Assembly: GCF_006345805.1 (NCBI RefSeq)
Contig: NC_043018.1
Span: forward strand, 21,576,001-21,640,000
Direction: 5' to 3'
Length of the DNA stretch: 64,000 bases
Source: Octopus sinensis
Lineage: Eukaryota
Program-made: the position numbers and the translations under genes
The notes under the pieces: model-generated
What the model was told of the DNA's origin: nothing
Database searches by the model: none
The model's input: the letters and a program-made list of their open reading frames with translations, nothing else
Shown: positions 1 through 12,220 of the stretch, piece after piece
Layout of the letters: each line of letters opens with the position of its first letter
How positions within the stretch are numbered: the first letter of the stretch is position 1

Positions 1-167
1 TTTTTGTTTTCTGCTTGCTGAATGTGGAAGAAGAGGCAGGCACCATGACCCCTGCAGGTCTTCTGAGACCAGTGAGCTTGATGCTGTTAAATGTTCCAAT
101 GACATTAAAGGGTAGGTGTGAGAAACCAGATCTAGCCAGTTTTGAACATAATACATTTGAGATGGAT

Positions 168-801
168 CAACCATTTAGCATTCAGATTACTGTCAAATGT
201 AATCCTTCTTTATTCAAATTGTTTTGAATTAATCAATCTCATAGCTTTGAGATTTCAATAAGGTGATTGTCTATTTTTAGAATGACAAGGTAGGGTAGGT
301 AGGTAGGTGTGAAAAGCTGGATTGGCCAGTTTGAACATGAAACAGAATATTTGGGCCGGATCTGGCTGGTTTAACCATTTAGTATTCAGGGTACTCTGTC
401 AGATGTAATGCTTATTTATTCATATTGTTTTGAATTAAATCCTTCATTATCTCACAGCTTTGAGATTTCGATGCGATAGTTTTATTATTAGATTAACATT
501 GTAGGGTAGGTACGAGAGGCCAGATCTGGCTGGTGTGAACATAAAACAGGTAGAATATGAAGGTTAGACATTTCTAGTTTAACCCTTTAGCATTTGGATT
601 ATTCTGTCAAATGATTACTGATTCATATTGTTTGGAATTAATCCTGCATTATCTCTTAGCTTCGAGATTTCGACGATGTGATTGTTTATTTTTCGTATGG
701 CATTGTAGGGTAGGCGCAAGAGGCTGGATCTGGCTAGTTTGAAAATAAAACAGGTACAACATTTTGGTCAGATGTGGTCAGTTTAAATACTAAAGGGTAA
801 A
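168..801. mobile_element. Head-to-tail array of about three ~210-bp piggyBac-like (TTAA) MITE units
   Basis: Units start near 168, 372 and 581. The last unit is TTAA-CCCTTTAGCATTT (583) ... AAATACTAAAGGG-TAAA (797), an imperfect TIR. The same family recurs at 15610-16150. Confidence 0.6.
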
Positions 802-1062
802 ACAGCTGCTGGTCAATACTAGCAGGAAAGAGATGAGCAGGAAGAAAATTCCAAAGAAAGGATGTCCTGGGACGTAATGGTTAGTGAAGGGCAAAGGTTG
901 ACAGTGGGGTGGTTGGACAGAACAAGGGTGATGAGGGGTGGAGAGACAAGTGGGCTGGGTGAATGGTATTTAAGGGGTTGACCTGTTCAATGCCATATTT
1001 TCTGTTGAAATATACACTTTTTGTGTATATTGAAGAACTGACTAAAATAACATAAATTAACA

Positions 1063-1474
1063 GGCGTAGGAGTGGCTGTGTGGTAAGTAGCTTGCTTACC
1101 AACCACATGGTTCCCAGTTCATTCCCACTGCATGGCACCTTGGGCAAGTGTCTTCTACTATAGCCTTGGGCCAACCAAAGCTTTGTGAGTGGATTCGGTA
1201 GACGGAAACTGAAAGAAGCCCGTCGTATGTATGTATGTATGTATGTATGTATGTATGTATGTGTATGTGTGTTTGCCCCCCCCCCCCAACATCACTTCAA
1301 CCAATGCTGGTGTGTTTACATCCCCGTAACTTAGCAGTTTGGTAAAAGAGATCCTATAGAACAAGTACTAGGCTTACAAAGAATAAGTCCTGGGGTCAAT
1401 TTGCTCGACTAAAGGTGGTGCTCCAGCATGGCTGCAGTCAAATGACTGAAACAAGTAAAAGAGTAAAAAGAGTA
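1063..1474 (+). mobile_element. tRNA-derived SINE family A, full length
   Basis: Head GGCGTAGGAGTGGCTGTGTGGTAAG (A box) with B-box-like GTTCA.TCCC, CORE-like CCTTGGGCAAGTGTC, internal (TATG)n and (GAGTAAAA)n tail. About 25 related copies in the window. Confidence 0.9.
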
Positions 1475-1504
1475 TGGAGCTTTCATGGAAGGTTTTGGAT
1501 CCCT

Positions 1505-2047
1505 TTAACCCTTTTGCTACCATACTTCTGTAGAAATACCCTGCACTTGTTTCAATTCATTTTGAAAACAGCGAAGAATTTGGTACAATAACTGTTATTG
1601 ATCTGCTTGGAACATCAATTACCATGACCTTTTGATGGAAGGTTTCAATTTGGATCATGTTAACCCTTTTCTTACCATATTTCTGTGGAAATAAACCACA
1701 CTTGTTTCAATTCGTTTTGAAAAACATGAAGAATTTATTAAATAACTTTTGCCAGTGGCACGTAAAAGAACCACCCGAACGTGGCCATTGCCAGCGCCGC
1801 CCCGATTGGCCTCCATGCTGGTGGCACGTAAAAAGCACCAACCGATTGTGGCTGTTGCCAGCCACGCCTGGCCCCTGTGCCAGCGGCACGTATAAAGCAC
1901 TCACTACACTCACGGAGTGGTTGGCGTTAGGAAGGGCATCAAGCTGTAGAAACACTGCAAGATCAGACTGGGCCTGGTGCAACCTCCTGGCTTCCCAGAC
2001 CCCAGTCGAACCGTCCAATCCATGCTGGCATGGAAAGCGGACGTTAA

Positions 2048-2082
<35 letters not shown>

Positions 2083-2717
2083 CTATAATAACAAAATCAA
2101 AATTCTATCTGTCCACCTGAGACCCCTGTATCCCACTCTACATTTGCTCTACATAGACATGTTATACCTTTTTGGAATCAGGATGATCCCAGGATCGAAA
2201 ATCTGCCCTTCATTTGGTTCTTGAGCATCCAGCATTGGGATTTGATTTAAAAGCATTTCGGTTGCTATTTCTAGCAAGCTTGTTAGATGGCATGAGTAAT
2301 CAAGGGGGAGATAAATGATATTGGCTTTGTTAATTTTATGTGGAGATAAGAACTTTGGGTCAAACTGGCCAACAGTTGGAATTCAGCTTGGGACTGGAAC
2401 AATAGAATGATTGCATTACAGAATTAATTCTCATCCGTCCTTGACCTCTGGTCAAACACCACCAGGGCATAGAGTCATGCTGCTTAGCTGTCTTTAGTTT
2501 TGGGTGGGTCACAGGCCCAGTTAGACATCCACAGGAGTTAGCTTAGAAGTCCGCAGGGAGTTCAGCTTTGAAGCTAGTCATTAATAATCTGGTTTTTCAA
2601 ATATTAATTAACATGAAATTTTTGATGGAAGATTTTAAATTAGATCACTATAAAACAGAGAATTTGAATAAAAAAACTTAGCGGTGGTCTCGAGCGGGTT
2701 GGTATGAAAATGGCTAA
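1505..2717. mobile_element. Tandem and split copies of a second TTAA MITE family (relative of 49877-50098), interrupted by insertions at about 1751-2576
   Basis: TTAACCCTTTT starts near 1505 and 1660. The 1662-1750 piece continues at 2577-2717 and ends GGGTTGGTATGAAAATGGCTAA, colinear with the reverse complement of 49877-50098. Confidence 0.5.
1752..2082 (+). mobile_element. 3' end of RTE LINE family C (tandem GGCACGTAAAAGCACC units, (ATG)n tail)
   Basis: The same sequence follows RTE C-terminal coding remnants at 16560-17080 (-) and 37020-37097 (+). Confidence 0.75.
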
Positions 2718-2875
2718 AGTAAGACATCAGGAATTTTCAAGAATCTCACCATTTTAGAATAGAATAAAATGAAACAAAAAAAATTTACTAGAATGCAAAA
2801 AAAAAAAAATAAAAGTATTTAATGGGAAAGATTAATCGTAGAGAAGAATTGTAGAAAGTGTTTCCAAACATCTAC

Positions 2876-2963
2876 CTTGCAAGACATTCTGAGCAAATCT
2901 TCGATCCAAGCCAGTTTCTTGGACAAACTCTTCCAACATTTGTGATCTCTCCTGTTTAGCCAT
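2876..2963 (-). CDS. First coding exon of a probable OTUD7A/OTUD7B (Cezanne)-like deubiquitinase (N-terminal UBA-like domain); rest of gene lies toward or beyond the left edge of the window
   Basis: Manual translation from ATG 2963: MAKQERSQMLEEFVQETGLDRRFAQNVLQ+G, then donor CAAG|GTAGAT (GT at 2875-2874, phase 1). LEEFVQETGLDRRFAQNVLQ|G aligns without gaps to OTUD7B [20 protein letters not shown]|G, where I recall an equivalent phase-1 intron. There is an in-frame upstream TAA and a (TTC)n-TTGCAG acceptor at 3064-3063. Other UBA-like N-termini (p47/NSFL1C, TDP2, DCN1) are not excluded. Confidence 0.62.
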
Positions 2964-3366
2964 AATAGGATGAGAAGAATAAGCATTCTGGCAGCAGAAG
3001 TAATAACAACGTCCACAACTAAGGAGTTACGAGGAGGAGGAGAAGGAGGAGGTGGAGGGATACTGCAAGAAGAAGAAGAAGAAGAAGAAGGAGATGAGAA
3101 AAACGTTACAGAAACTCAAAAATCACTTTTCGGTTCCTCAGATTAAGAAGAAAAAAATGAGAGAAAAAAAAGACAGACACCAAACAATGAAGAATAGCAG
3201 CAGCAGCAACAACAACAAAACACAACAAACAACGATAACAACAATAACAATGGCAAGAATATATTCTGGAAAAGATAATTTAGCAAGGAATCTGGGTCAG
3301 AAATACATGAAAATAATTATGTAATACAACAGTTGTCGGCAAATCAAAATAAAATGGAAGACAACG

Positions 3367-4080
3367 GTGATGGTGGTCGTGGTGGTGGTCGTGGTCGTGG
3401 TGGAGGAGAGTTTTAGGTGGTGGTGGTGGTGGTGGTGGTGGTCGTGGTCGTGGTGGAGAAGAGTTTTAGGTGGTGGTGGTGGTGGTGGTGGTGGTGGTGG
3501 TGGTGGTGGTGGTGGTCGTGGTCGTGGTGGAGGAGAGTTTTAGGTGGTGGTGGTGGTCGGTGGTGGTGGTGGTGGTGGTGGTGGTCGTGGTCGTGGTGGA
3601 GAAGAGTTTTAGGTGGTGGTGGTCGTGGTGGTGGTGGTGGTGGTCGTGGTCGTGGTGGAGAAGAGTTTTAGGTGGTGGTGGTCGTGGTGGTGGTGGTGGT
3701 GGTGGTCGTGGTCGTGGTGGAGGAGAGTTTTAGGTGGTGGTGGTCGTGGTGGTGGTGGTGGTCGTGGTGGAGAAGAGTTTTAGGTGGTGGTGGTCGTGTG
3801 GTGGTGGTGGTGGTCGTGGTCGTGGTGGAGAAGAGTTTTAGGTGGTGGTGGTCGTGGTGGTGGTGGTGGTGGTGGTGGTGGTGGTGGTCGTGGTGGAGAA
3901 GAGTTTTAGGTGGTGGTGGTCGTGGTCGTGGTGGTGGTTGTGGTCGTGGTCGTGGTGGAGAAGAGTTTTAGGTGGTGGTGGTCGTGGTGGAGAAGAGTTT
4001 TAGGTGGTCGTGGTGGTGGTGGTGGTCGTGGTCGTGGTCGTGGTGGAGGAGAGTTTTAGGTGGTGGTGGTCGTGGTGGTG
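3367..4080. repeat. (GGT)n-based compound minisatellite punctuated by GGAGAAGAGTTTTA
   Basis: Roughly 15-17 variable-length units visible directly. Confidence 0.95.
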
Positions 4081-4456
4081 GGGAGTTGGCTCCAATATAA
4101 TAGTTTGAGCAATCTGTGAGGAATTTGATGGTTAGAAAACATTAAAAAAAAAAGGCATATAAAAGCAAAAAAAAAAAAAAAAAAATTAAGAAGAAATAAA
4201 AAGAAAAAAAAGAAATGAAAAGAAATAAAAAATAAAAATAAAAAAGAAAGGAAGGAAGAGAGAAATATCATTGAATTAATGTAAATTCTGATCTAAACCA
4301 TTTTTTTACTCCTTGAAAACTAAATTCCAATTGTCTATTTACCAATTTAAGAAGACAATTGTATGTGAAAGCTGTCCACTCTAACAAAAATCTAATGTGT
4401 TTTATTGGAGAAAGAACACACACACACACACACACACTTGGAGATAGATGGGTTTT

Positions 4457-5232
4457 GTGTGTGTGTGTGCATGTACTGTATTCATGTGTGTGTGTGTGTG
4501 TGTACTGTATTCATGTGTGTGTGTGTGCATGTACTGTATTCATGTGTGTGTGTGTACTGTATTCATGTGTGTGTGTGTGCACTGTATTCATGTGTGTGTG
4601 TGTGTGTGTACTGTATTCATGTGTGTGTGTGTGTGTACTGTATTCATGTGTGTGTGTGTGTACTGTATTCATGTGTGTGTTGTGTGCACTGTATTCATGT
4701 GTTGTGTGTGTGTACTGTATTCATTGTGTGTGTGTGTGTGTACTGTATTCATGTGTGTGGTGTGTGTACTGTATTCATGTGTGTGTGTTGTACTGTATTC
4801 ATGTGTGTGTGTGTGTGCACTGTATTCATGTGTGTGTGTGTGCACTGTATTCATGTGTGTGTGTGTGTGTGTACTGTATTCATGTGTGTGTGTGTACTGT
4901 ATTCATGTGTGTGTGTGTACTGTATTCATGTGTGTGTGTGTGTACTGTATTCATGTGTGTGTGTGTACTGTATTCATGTGTGTGTGTACTGTATTCATGT
5001 GTGTGTGTGTGTGTGTACTGTATTCATGTGTGTGTGTACTGTATTCATGTGTGTGTGTGTGTGTGTACTGTATTCATGTGTGTGTGTACTGTATTCATGT
5101 GTGTGTGTGTGTGTGTACTGTATTCATGTGTGTGTGTACTGTATTCATGTGTGTGTGTGTGTGTACTGTATTCATGTGTGTGTGTGTGTGTGCACTGTAT
5201 TCATGTGTGTGTGTGTGTGTGTACTGTATTCA

Positions 5233-5260
<28 letters not shown>
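4457..5260. repeat. (GT)n array punctuated by ACTGTATTCAT (~20-30-bp units, >30 copies)
   Basis: Seen directly; source of the Cys/Val ORFs. Confidence 0.95.
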
Positions 5261-5264
<4 letters not shown>

Positions 5265-6106
5265 TGTTTAATGGGTATGATTTTGTGAATGTGCATGTTT
5301 TGCTTAATGCGTGTATGCCTTTGTGTATGTGTTTTTTTGTGTGTGTCTGTGCATATGTATGAGTAACAAGTGTGTATGTGTGTGTGTGTATGCACGCATA
5401 TGTATGAGTGATGTGTATGTTATGTGTGTGTTTGTGTGTATGAGTGATGTGTGTCTATGTATGCATGTATGAGTGATTATGCACATGTATATTTCGAGTG
5501 GGTGTGTATGCGTGTGTCAGTGCATGAGTGCAGTGTATGTATGCATGTATGAATTGAGTGTGTGTGTGTGTGTGTGTTGGATGGTTGTGTGCATACATGC
5601 ATACACTGCATTTATTGCACAATGTGATGCATACATGTATATTATAGTAAGGAATGTGTATACAGATGTGTAGAGGAATGTATATATATATATATATATA
5701 TGTCTTGTATGTATGTTTATTATGCACACCTGTTGTATGCACGTGTAGTACATGTATGTTATATGCATCTATGCATGCCTGTGTGTATGTATATGTTTGT
5801 ACAGCTGCTGTATTCAAGTATGTGTGTATGTGCTGTGTCAGTTATATGTAAGTGTGTTGTATGTTGGGTATGTATATGTATGTTGTACACCTACTGTGTG
5901 TATGTACATATGTTGTATGCCTGATATATGTATGCACTGGATGTTTGCTGTATGTATAATGTATGTGCATGCTATGTATACACACATATATTGTACACCT
6001 ACTGCATGTATGAACTGTATGTGTGGCGTATGTATGCATTCAATATCAGCTATATGAATGTATATTTTATATACCTGCTGTGTGTGTGTGTGTCTGTGTG
6101 TGTGTG

Positions 6107-6234
6107 AGTGCATATCTGCTGTATGTATGCATGCATGTATGTATTGAATGCTTGTTGTATAAATGTATACCTATATATTTATACAACAAGCATTCAATAC
6201 ATACATATATGCATACATACAGCAGATATGCACT
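6107..6234. repeat. Near-perfect inverted repeat (~63-bp arms, 2-nt centre)
   Basis: AGTGCATATCTGCTG...TTGAATGCTTGTTGTATAAAT pairs with ATTTATACAACAAGCATTCAA...CAGCAGATATGCACT; extended by flanking (GT)n and (CA)n. Confidence 0.9.
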
Positions 6235-6520
6235 GCACACACACACACACACAGAGCATACCTATATATTTATATGTCTATATGTATGCATGTTAGCTGT
6301 GTGCATGTGTTAATTTGTTCTGTGCAACGGCTCGTAAACATCATTAAACTTAATGTCTGTTGTTAACGACAAATATGTCATTAAGTCATTAGTTTGTTAC
6401 TTACCAAGAAAATATTCATAATATGGGGAGGAGTAATTAAATATAATCACAGCAATTCTCTCCATCGCATTTATATATTTACGATGGAAATAAACAAGAA
6501 GGAACTATTATAGAAAGGGA

Positions 6521-6617
6521 CGTGGCATCTTGGGCAAGTGTCTTCTGCTATAGCCCCGGGCCGACCAATGCCTTGTAAGTGGATTTGCTAGACGGAAACT
6601 GAAAGAAGCCCGTCGTA

Positions 6618-6698
<81 letters not shown>

Positions 6699-6920
6699 AT
6701 TTGTGTGCCTGTGTTTGTCCCCCTAGCATTGCTTGACAACTGATGCTGGTGTGTTTACGTCCCCGTCACTTAGCGGTTCAGCAAAAGAGACCGATAGAAT
6801 AAGTACTGGGCTTACAAAGAATAAGTCCCGGGGTCGATTTGCTCGACTAAAGGCGGTGCTCCAGCATGGCCGCAGTCAAATGACTGAAACAAGTAAAAGA
6901 GAGAGAGAGAGTAAAGAGTA
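6521..6920 (+). mobile_element. SINE family A, 5'-truncated
   Basis: Colinear with 1063-1474; internal (TA)n. Confidence 0.9.
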
Positions 6921-7314
6921 CACTTGTAGAAATATACTCCAAGTTACACAATGCCTGATTAAAAACACATGAGATGGTCATGCCTTGAAAGTCTTTCATC
7001 ATGGGTCTGCTGCATCAGGGCTGACTTGGGGCTAAACAGTAGCCCACAAATGAGACATATAGCCAATTAGGGAACCTCTATGTAGTCAATATATTTGCTA
7101 GAAATAACAGCTGAACTCCCTAAAAATCACACCTCACAGTCTTACAAATAAAAGGAAGGATGTATTGGATTTTAGAGGTCCTATATACACAAAAATAGGG
7201 GAATGGTCAAGACTGGATTCATCTTTGATTATAAGTTGATTGGATAAATGTTAACCTAGTGTTAAATAACATGTAGATAATGTAGTCCTTAATACATTAT
7301 GTCTGAATATGAGT

Positions 7315-7488
7315 TGGTAGGTAGCTTTCTTATAAACAGCATGGTTCCGGGTTCAGTCCCACTGCGTGGTACCTTGGGCAAGTGTCTTCTACTATAGCCT
7401 CGGGCCGACCAAAGCCTTGTGAGTGGATTTGGTAGACAGAAACTGAAAGAAGCCCGTCGTATATATGTATATGTGTGTATATATATAT

Positions 7489-7519
<31 letters not shown>

Positions 7520-7534
7520 CACACACACACACAC

Positions 7535-7600
<66 letters not shown>

Positions 7601-7814
7601 GTATGTTTGTGTCTGTGTTTGTCCCCCTAGCATTGCTTGACAACCAATGCTGGTGTGTTTACGTCCCTGTAACTTAGTGGTTCGGCAAAAGAGAACGATA
7701 GAACAAGTACTAGGCTTACAAAGAATAAGTCCTGGGGTCGATTTGCTCGACTAAAAGGCGGTGCTCCAGCATGGTCACAGTCAAATGACTGAAACGAGTA
7801 AAAGAGTAGAGAGT
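7315..7814 (+). mobile_element. SINE family A
   Basis: Colinear with family A; compound (TA)/(CA) microsatellite inside. Confidence 0.9.
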
Positions 7815-7862
7815 GCTTGTGTATGTGTGTGCCAAATTCTAAATTCTAATTATATTTAGACA

Positions 7863-8201
7863 GGTGCAGGCATGGCTGCGTGGTAAGAAGCTTGCATCCC
7901 AATCAAATGATTCGGGGTTCAGTCCTACTATGTGGTACCTTCAGCAAGTGTCTTCTATAGCCTTGGGCTGACCAGTGCCTTGTGAGTGGATTTGGTAGAC
8001 AGAAACTGAAAGAAGCACGTTGTATTAATCCCTACACATTTTCTTCTCTCTCCATTTTTTCTTTCTCTTTCTATCTGCGAAATCCTTTCTCAAGGCTTTG
8101 GTCAACCTAAGGGTATAGTAGAAGACACTTGCCCGAGGTGCCAAGCAGTGGGACTGAACACAGAACCATGTGGTTGGGAAGCAAACTCCTTACCACACAG
8201 C

Positions 8202-8203
<2 letters not shown>
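7863..8203. mobile_element. Two SINE family A 5' halves in opposite orientation (7863-8022 +, 8090-8203 -)
   Basis: Head and CORE-like segments recognisable on both strands. Confidence 0.75.
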
Positions 8204-8257
<54 letters not shown>

Positions 8258-8581
8258 TATATCTAGCATAACCCCACCTCCCTGCTGAGACACTCCTATT
8301 CCTAGTTTTACCGATTCCGACTCACAATATCTTTATTCTTTAATATAAACCAATTATAACCTATAGGCCTACTCAAAGTACAAGCGTATGCATATGCTTT
8401 ATGAGATATGTAGACCACAATCAATTACAAAGATTTTTGTTTTGACTCCACAGCCCTGGTAGAAATCATGCCAAAACAGACAACAGAGTTTGGCATAGAA
8501 CTCCAGCTTGCCAACTCTTGTCAAGCAGTTCAACTCATACCAGCATGGAAAGCAGATGCTAAACGATGATGATCATGATCG

Positions 8582-8635
<54 letters not shown>

Positions 8636-9050
8636 CATTGTGTACAGTGCTCAGGTGCACTACAACTCATCTAAAGTGCATATATAACAGGTGTAGTTTC
8701 GACGGATTTCGGGAAGCATGAGGGCCTTAAAGGATGCAGTGCCATGGCAGTGTCATGAAAATCCTTTGAATGGTTATAGATATGATATTTAAGTGGGGGG
8801 GTACGTTGCTGTGGCCTTATACTGGAATATCAGGGGTGCCCTCCTCCCTCCACATATGCATGTGTGTTTTTGTGCATGTGGGTTATAAAAAGAAGGGCAG
8901 AAAAAAAATGTGTGTTTGTGTGTGTGTGTGCGATTTGGTGTATGAGCTTGTGGGATACGAGGAAATGCACATATATGTGCAGAAATGCAAATGAATTTAT
9001 ATGCAAATATATGTGCATGTACTTATGAATATGCATGGCAGCATGTTTGT

Positions 9051-9081
<31 letters not shown>

Positions 9082-9214
9082 ATTTGCATGCTTGTTAGTA
9101 TGTGTAACTCATGTACATGTGTGCATTGATGCATGCAAGAAAGTATTTGCATGCAGCAATGTGCAAGGATAGCATCCGCACGAATCTATATGCATTGTGT
9201 GCATGCATATATGT

Positions 9215-9274
9215 TTTTGTGTGTGTGCTTGTGTATGCGTGTGTTTGTGTGTGTGTGTGTGTTGTGTGTGTGTG

Positions 9275-9306
<32 letters not shown>

Positions 9307-9307
9307 G

Positions 9308-9338
<31 letters not shown>

Positions 9339-9442
9339 TTGTGTGTGTGTGTTGTTTGTGTGTGTGTGTTTTGTGTGGTGTGTGGTGTGTGTTTGTGTGT
9401 TTGTGTTTGTGTGTGGTGTGTGTTTGTGTGTTGTGTGTGTGT

Positions 9443-9476
<34 letters not shown>

Positions 9477-10385
9477 TGTGTGTGTGTGTTTGTGTGTGTG
9501 TGTTTGTGTGTGTGTTTGTGTGTGTGTGTGTGTTTGTGTGTGTTTGTGTGTGTGTGTGTTTGTTTGTGTGTGTGTGTGTGTTTGTGTGTGTGTGTATGCA
9601 AGGACTGCTTGCAAGTGTGTGTACATACAAGATGCAGCAATACACAGACACACACACAGAGATAGGCAATCAACATGTGCACCAAATAAATCAGTGTGCA
9701 GATGTTAATATGCATTATGCAGTGTGTGTGTGTGTGTGTGTGTGTGTTGTGTGATAATAAAAGCTGTTTTATTAAATTATTCAAAGTTCCAAAGATCCTG
9801 CCTTGTGTTGCTATTTCTCCCAGAACTGCTGCTATGGTCCCGCCGCTGCCACCATCCACCCCCTCCCCCATCCCAACCACCTCCATCAGCAACACCATCG
9901 TCGCCACCATCATCACAACCACTATCATCTCCACCCCCACCATCACCATCAAGCAACACCACTACAATCACTCCAACCCAATCACCACCATCATCTCAAC
10001 CATTATCATCTCCACCAACACACCACCACCACCTCCACAATCACCCTATTCCCCACCACCACTACTACAACCAGCACCACCTCAACCACCACCACCATCA
10101 CCACCTCAACTTGCACCACCATCACTGCAACCACTATCATTTCCACCAACATACCACCACCACAATCACCCTACTCACCACCACCACCACCACAACCAGC
10201 ACCACCATCACTACCACAACTAGCACACTCCCCCCAACCACCATCATTGCAACCACTATCATCTCCACCAACTTTACCACAATCATTCCCAAAACTTCCA
10301 CCTACACCCTACCACTACCGTCAGCAACAGCAGCACGACCACAACCACCACGACCACAACCACCATGACCACCACTGCCACCGCC
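9215..10385. repeat. (GT)n/GTTT tract (9215-9595) and ACC/CAT-rich low-complexity tract (9840-10385)
   Basis: Seen directly. Confidence 0.9.
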
Positions 10386-10924
10386 AGTCTTAGTGAACTG
10401 GTACCATCTCAGTTACCATAGTGATCGAAGCCAGGGATAGGTGTGTTGTAGTTTCTCTCTCGTCACTCGGTATTCAATCACTGTACGTCTGTTCACAAGA
10501 ATCATTGTTAATTCACCACATTCAGAAAAGATCCATTTTGTATTATCATCGGAGCAAATATAGATCTTTGGGAGGAGAGAGAAAGGATAAGAAAAGAGAC
10601 CAAACTATAAAAGATTATTTTTTTTGTAATCTTCCACATTCTTTTACACTTGGTTAAGCGGACAAAGGTTTTGTCACTGCTAAGATTATGGAATTCTTTA
10701 AAAGATGCCAAATATTTTTGCATTCTTTGAATTTAGTTGTCAAGTCTTGATGAAACCAATCTATTTATTCGGTACTATCAGAAAACAATTTTCTGTAATG
10801 AAGAGGTCTGTGAGAAAAGTTGGATACTTTCTCTTCTCTTTCCCCATAAATCAATTTATTTAAAGAAAATGATAGATAAGAAACAATGAAATTGCCATGG
10901 GGAATGGAAAATACGTTCTGTACA

Positions 10925-11095
10925 GGCGCAGAAGTGGCTGTGTGGTAAGTAGCTTGCTAACCAACCACATGGTTCCAAGTTCAGTCCCACTGCGTGGCAT
11001 CTTGGGCAAGTGTCTTCTGCTATAGCCCCGGGCCGACCAATGCCTTGTGAGTGGATTTGGTAGACGGAAACTGAAAGAAGCCCGTCGTATATATG

Positions 11096-11126
<31 letters not shown>

Positions 11127-11341
11127 TTGTGTGTCTGTGTTTGTTCCCCAAGCATTGCTTGACAACCGATGCTGGTGTGTTTACGTCCCCGTCACTTAGC
11201 GGTTCGGCAAAAAGAGACCGATAGAATAAGTACTGGGCTTACAACAACAAGAAGTCCCGGGGTCGAGTTGCTCGACTAAAAGGCAGTGCTCCAGCATGGC
11301 CGCAGTCAAATGACTGAAACAAGTAAAGGATAAAGGATAAA
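10925..11341 (+). mobile_element. SINE family A, full length
   Basis: Complete head, CORE-like segment, microsatellite and tail. Confidence 0.9.
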
Positions 11342-12220
11342 GGAAGGTTAAAGTCCTGAAACAAGGTAAAATCGACAGCAGAGAGATAAACAAAGATATA
11401 TTTTTTGTTTGAGAAACTGGCTGCAACTGATGGGGAACGCACAAGGTGAGCCTCATGTAGACAGGAAGTAGTAGGAGAGAGAAATTGGGTGGGAGAGATA
11501 GAAGGGGTGAGAAATAAAAGAAGGAGAAGTAGGGTGGGGCAAAGGGAAAAACTGGGGTGAGAGGGGAGCTGAAGGAACTGTTTATGGGTCTCTCAATAAA
11601 GGGACTCCACACTAAGATATACTAGGAGCGAGAATTTGCTGAAAACAGTTATAGTTCTTTGAGTTGTCAACTTCTACCTCCACACCACAACTGCCAAGAC
11701 ATTATTTGAACTGATTTTATTGAGTTAGAGAGATAAAAGTAACAAAAAAAAGAAGGGAAAAAAATCAACCCTGTGGAATATGAAGTTAGAATATAAAAGG
11801 ATGTTACAAAATATTGAAAAGGTATTTAATTTGGTGTTTTATTTACCATTTCTGTGATCCCACCTTCTGGGTTCTTCAATAAATGAACAACCAAAAGTAT
11901 CAACAAAGTATTAGCAAGAATAATTCTTCAGTCTTGACTTTGAGATAGAAGGGGTGAAAAATCAGTAATGCAGTAAGTTATCTAATTTAACAATTAATGT
12001 CTATTGGCCAATGCCAGTTCCATAGTTGATGCCTGGCCACCAGCCAATCTCAAAGACTAGCCTTCCAATTCAGGATCAGAAAATACTTCAGCCTCTAACA
12101 ACTATCAAGACTCAACAAAATTCTGGAGAGACCCATAATTTGAAATAACAGGGGGTCAACTTAATTGATGGTACTCCCTACCAGTACATTTGTAGCTTTC
12201 TGCCAATATTAGAAATTATT

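Noticed and set aside
2819-3016. ORF-track peptide MDVVITSAARMLILLILLW... with a signal-peptide-like stretch
   Set aside because: Overlaps the exon in another frame; the MAKQERS frame has a recognisable UBA-like pattern and a matching intron phase.
3410-4060. Interstitial telomeric repeat (TTTTAGG)
   Set aside because: TTAGG occurs once per unit and never as tandem TTAGGG or TTAGG.
4359-5362. 300-aa Cys/Val-rich ORFs (also 9095-10393, 25595-26737, 46424-47656, 51399-52234)
   Set aside because: Open in several frames only because simple repeats lack stop codons; no domain structure or splice context.
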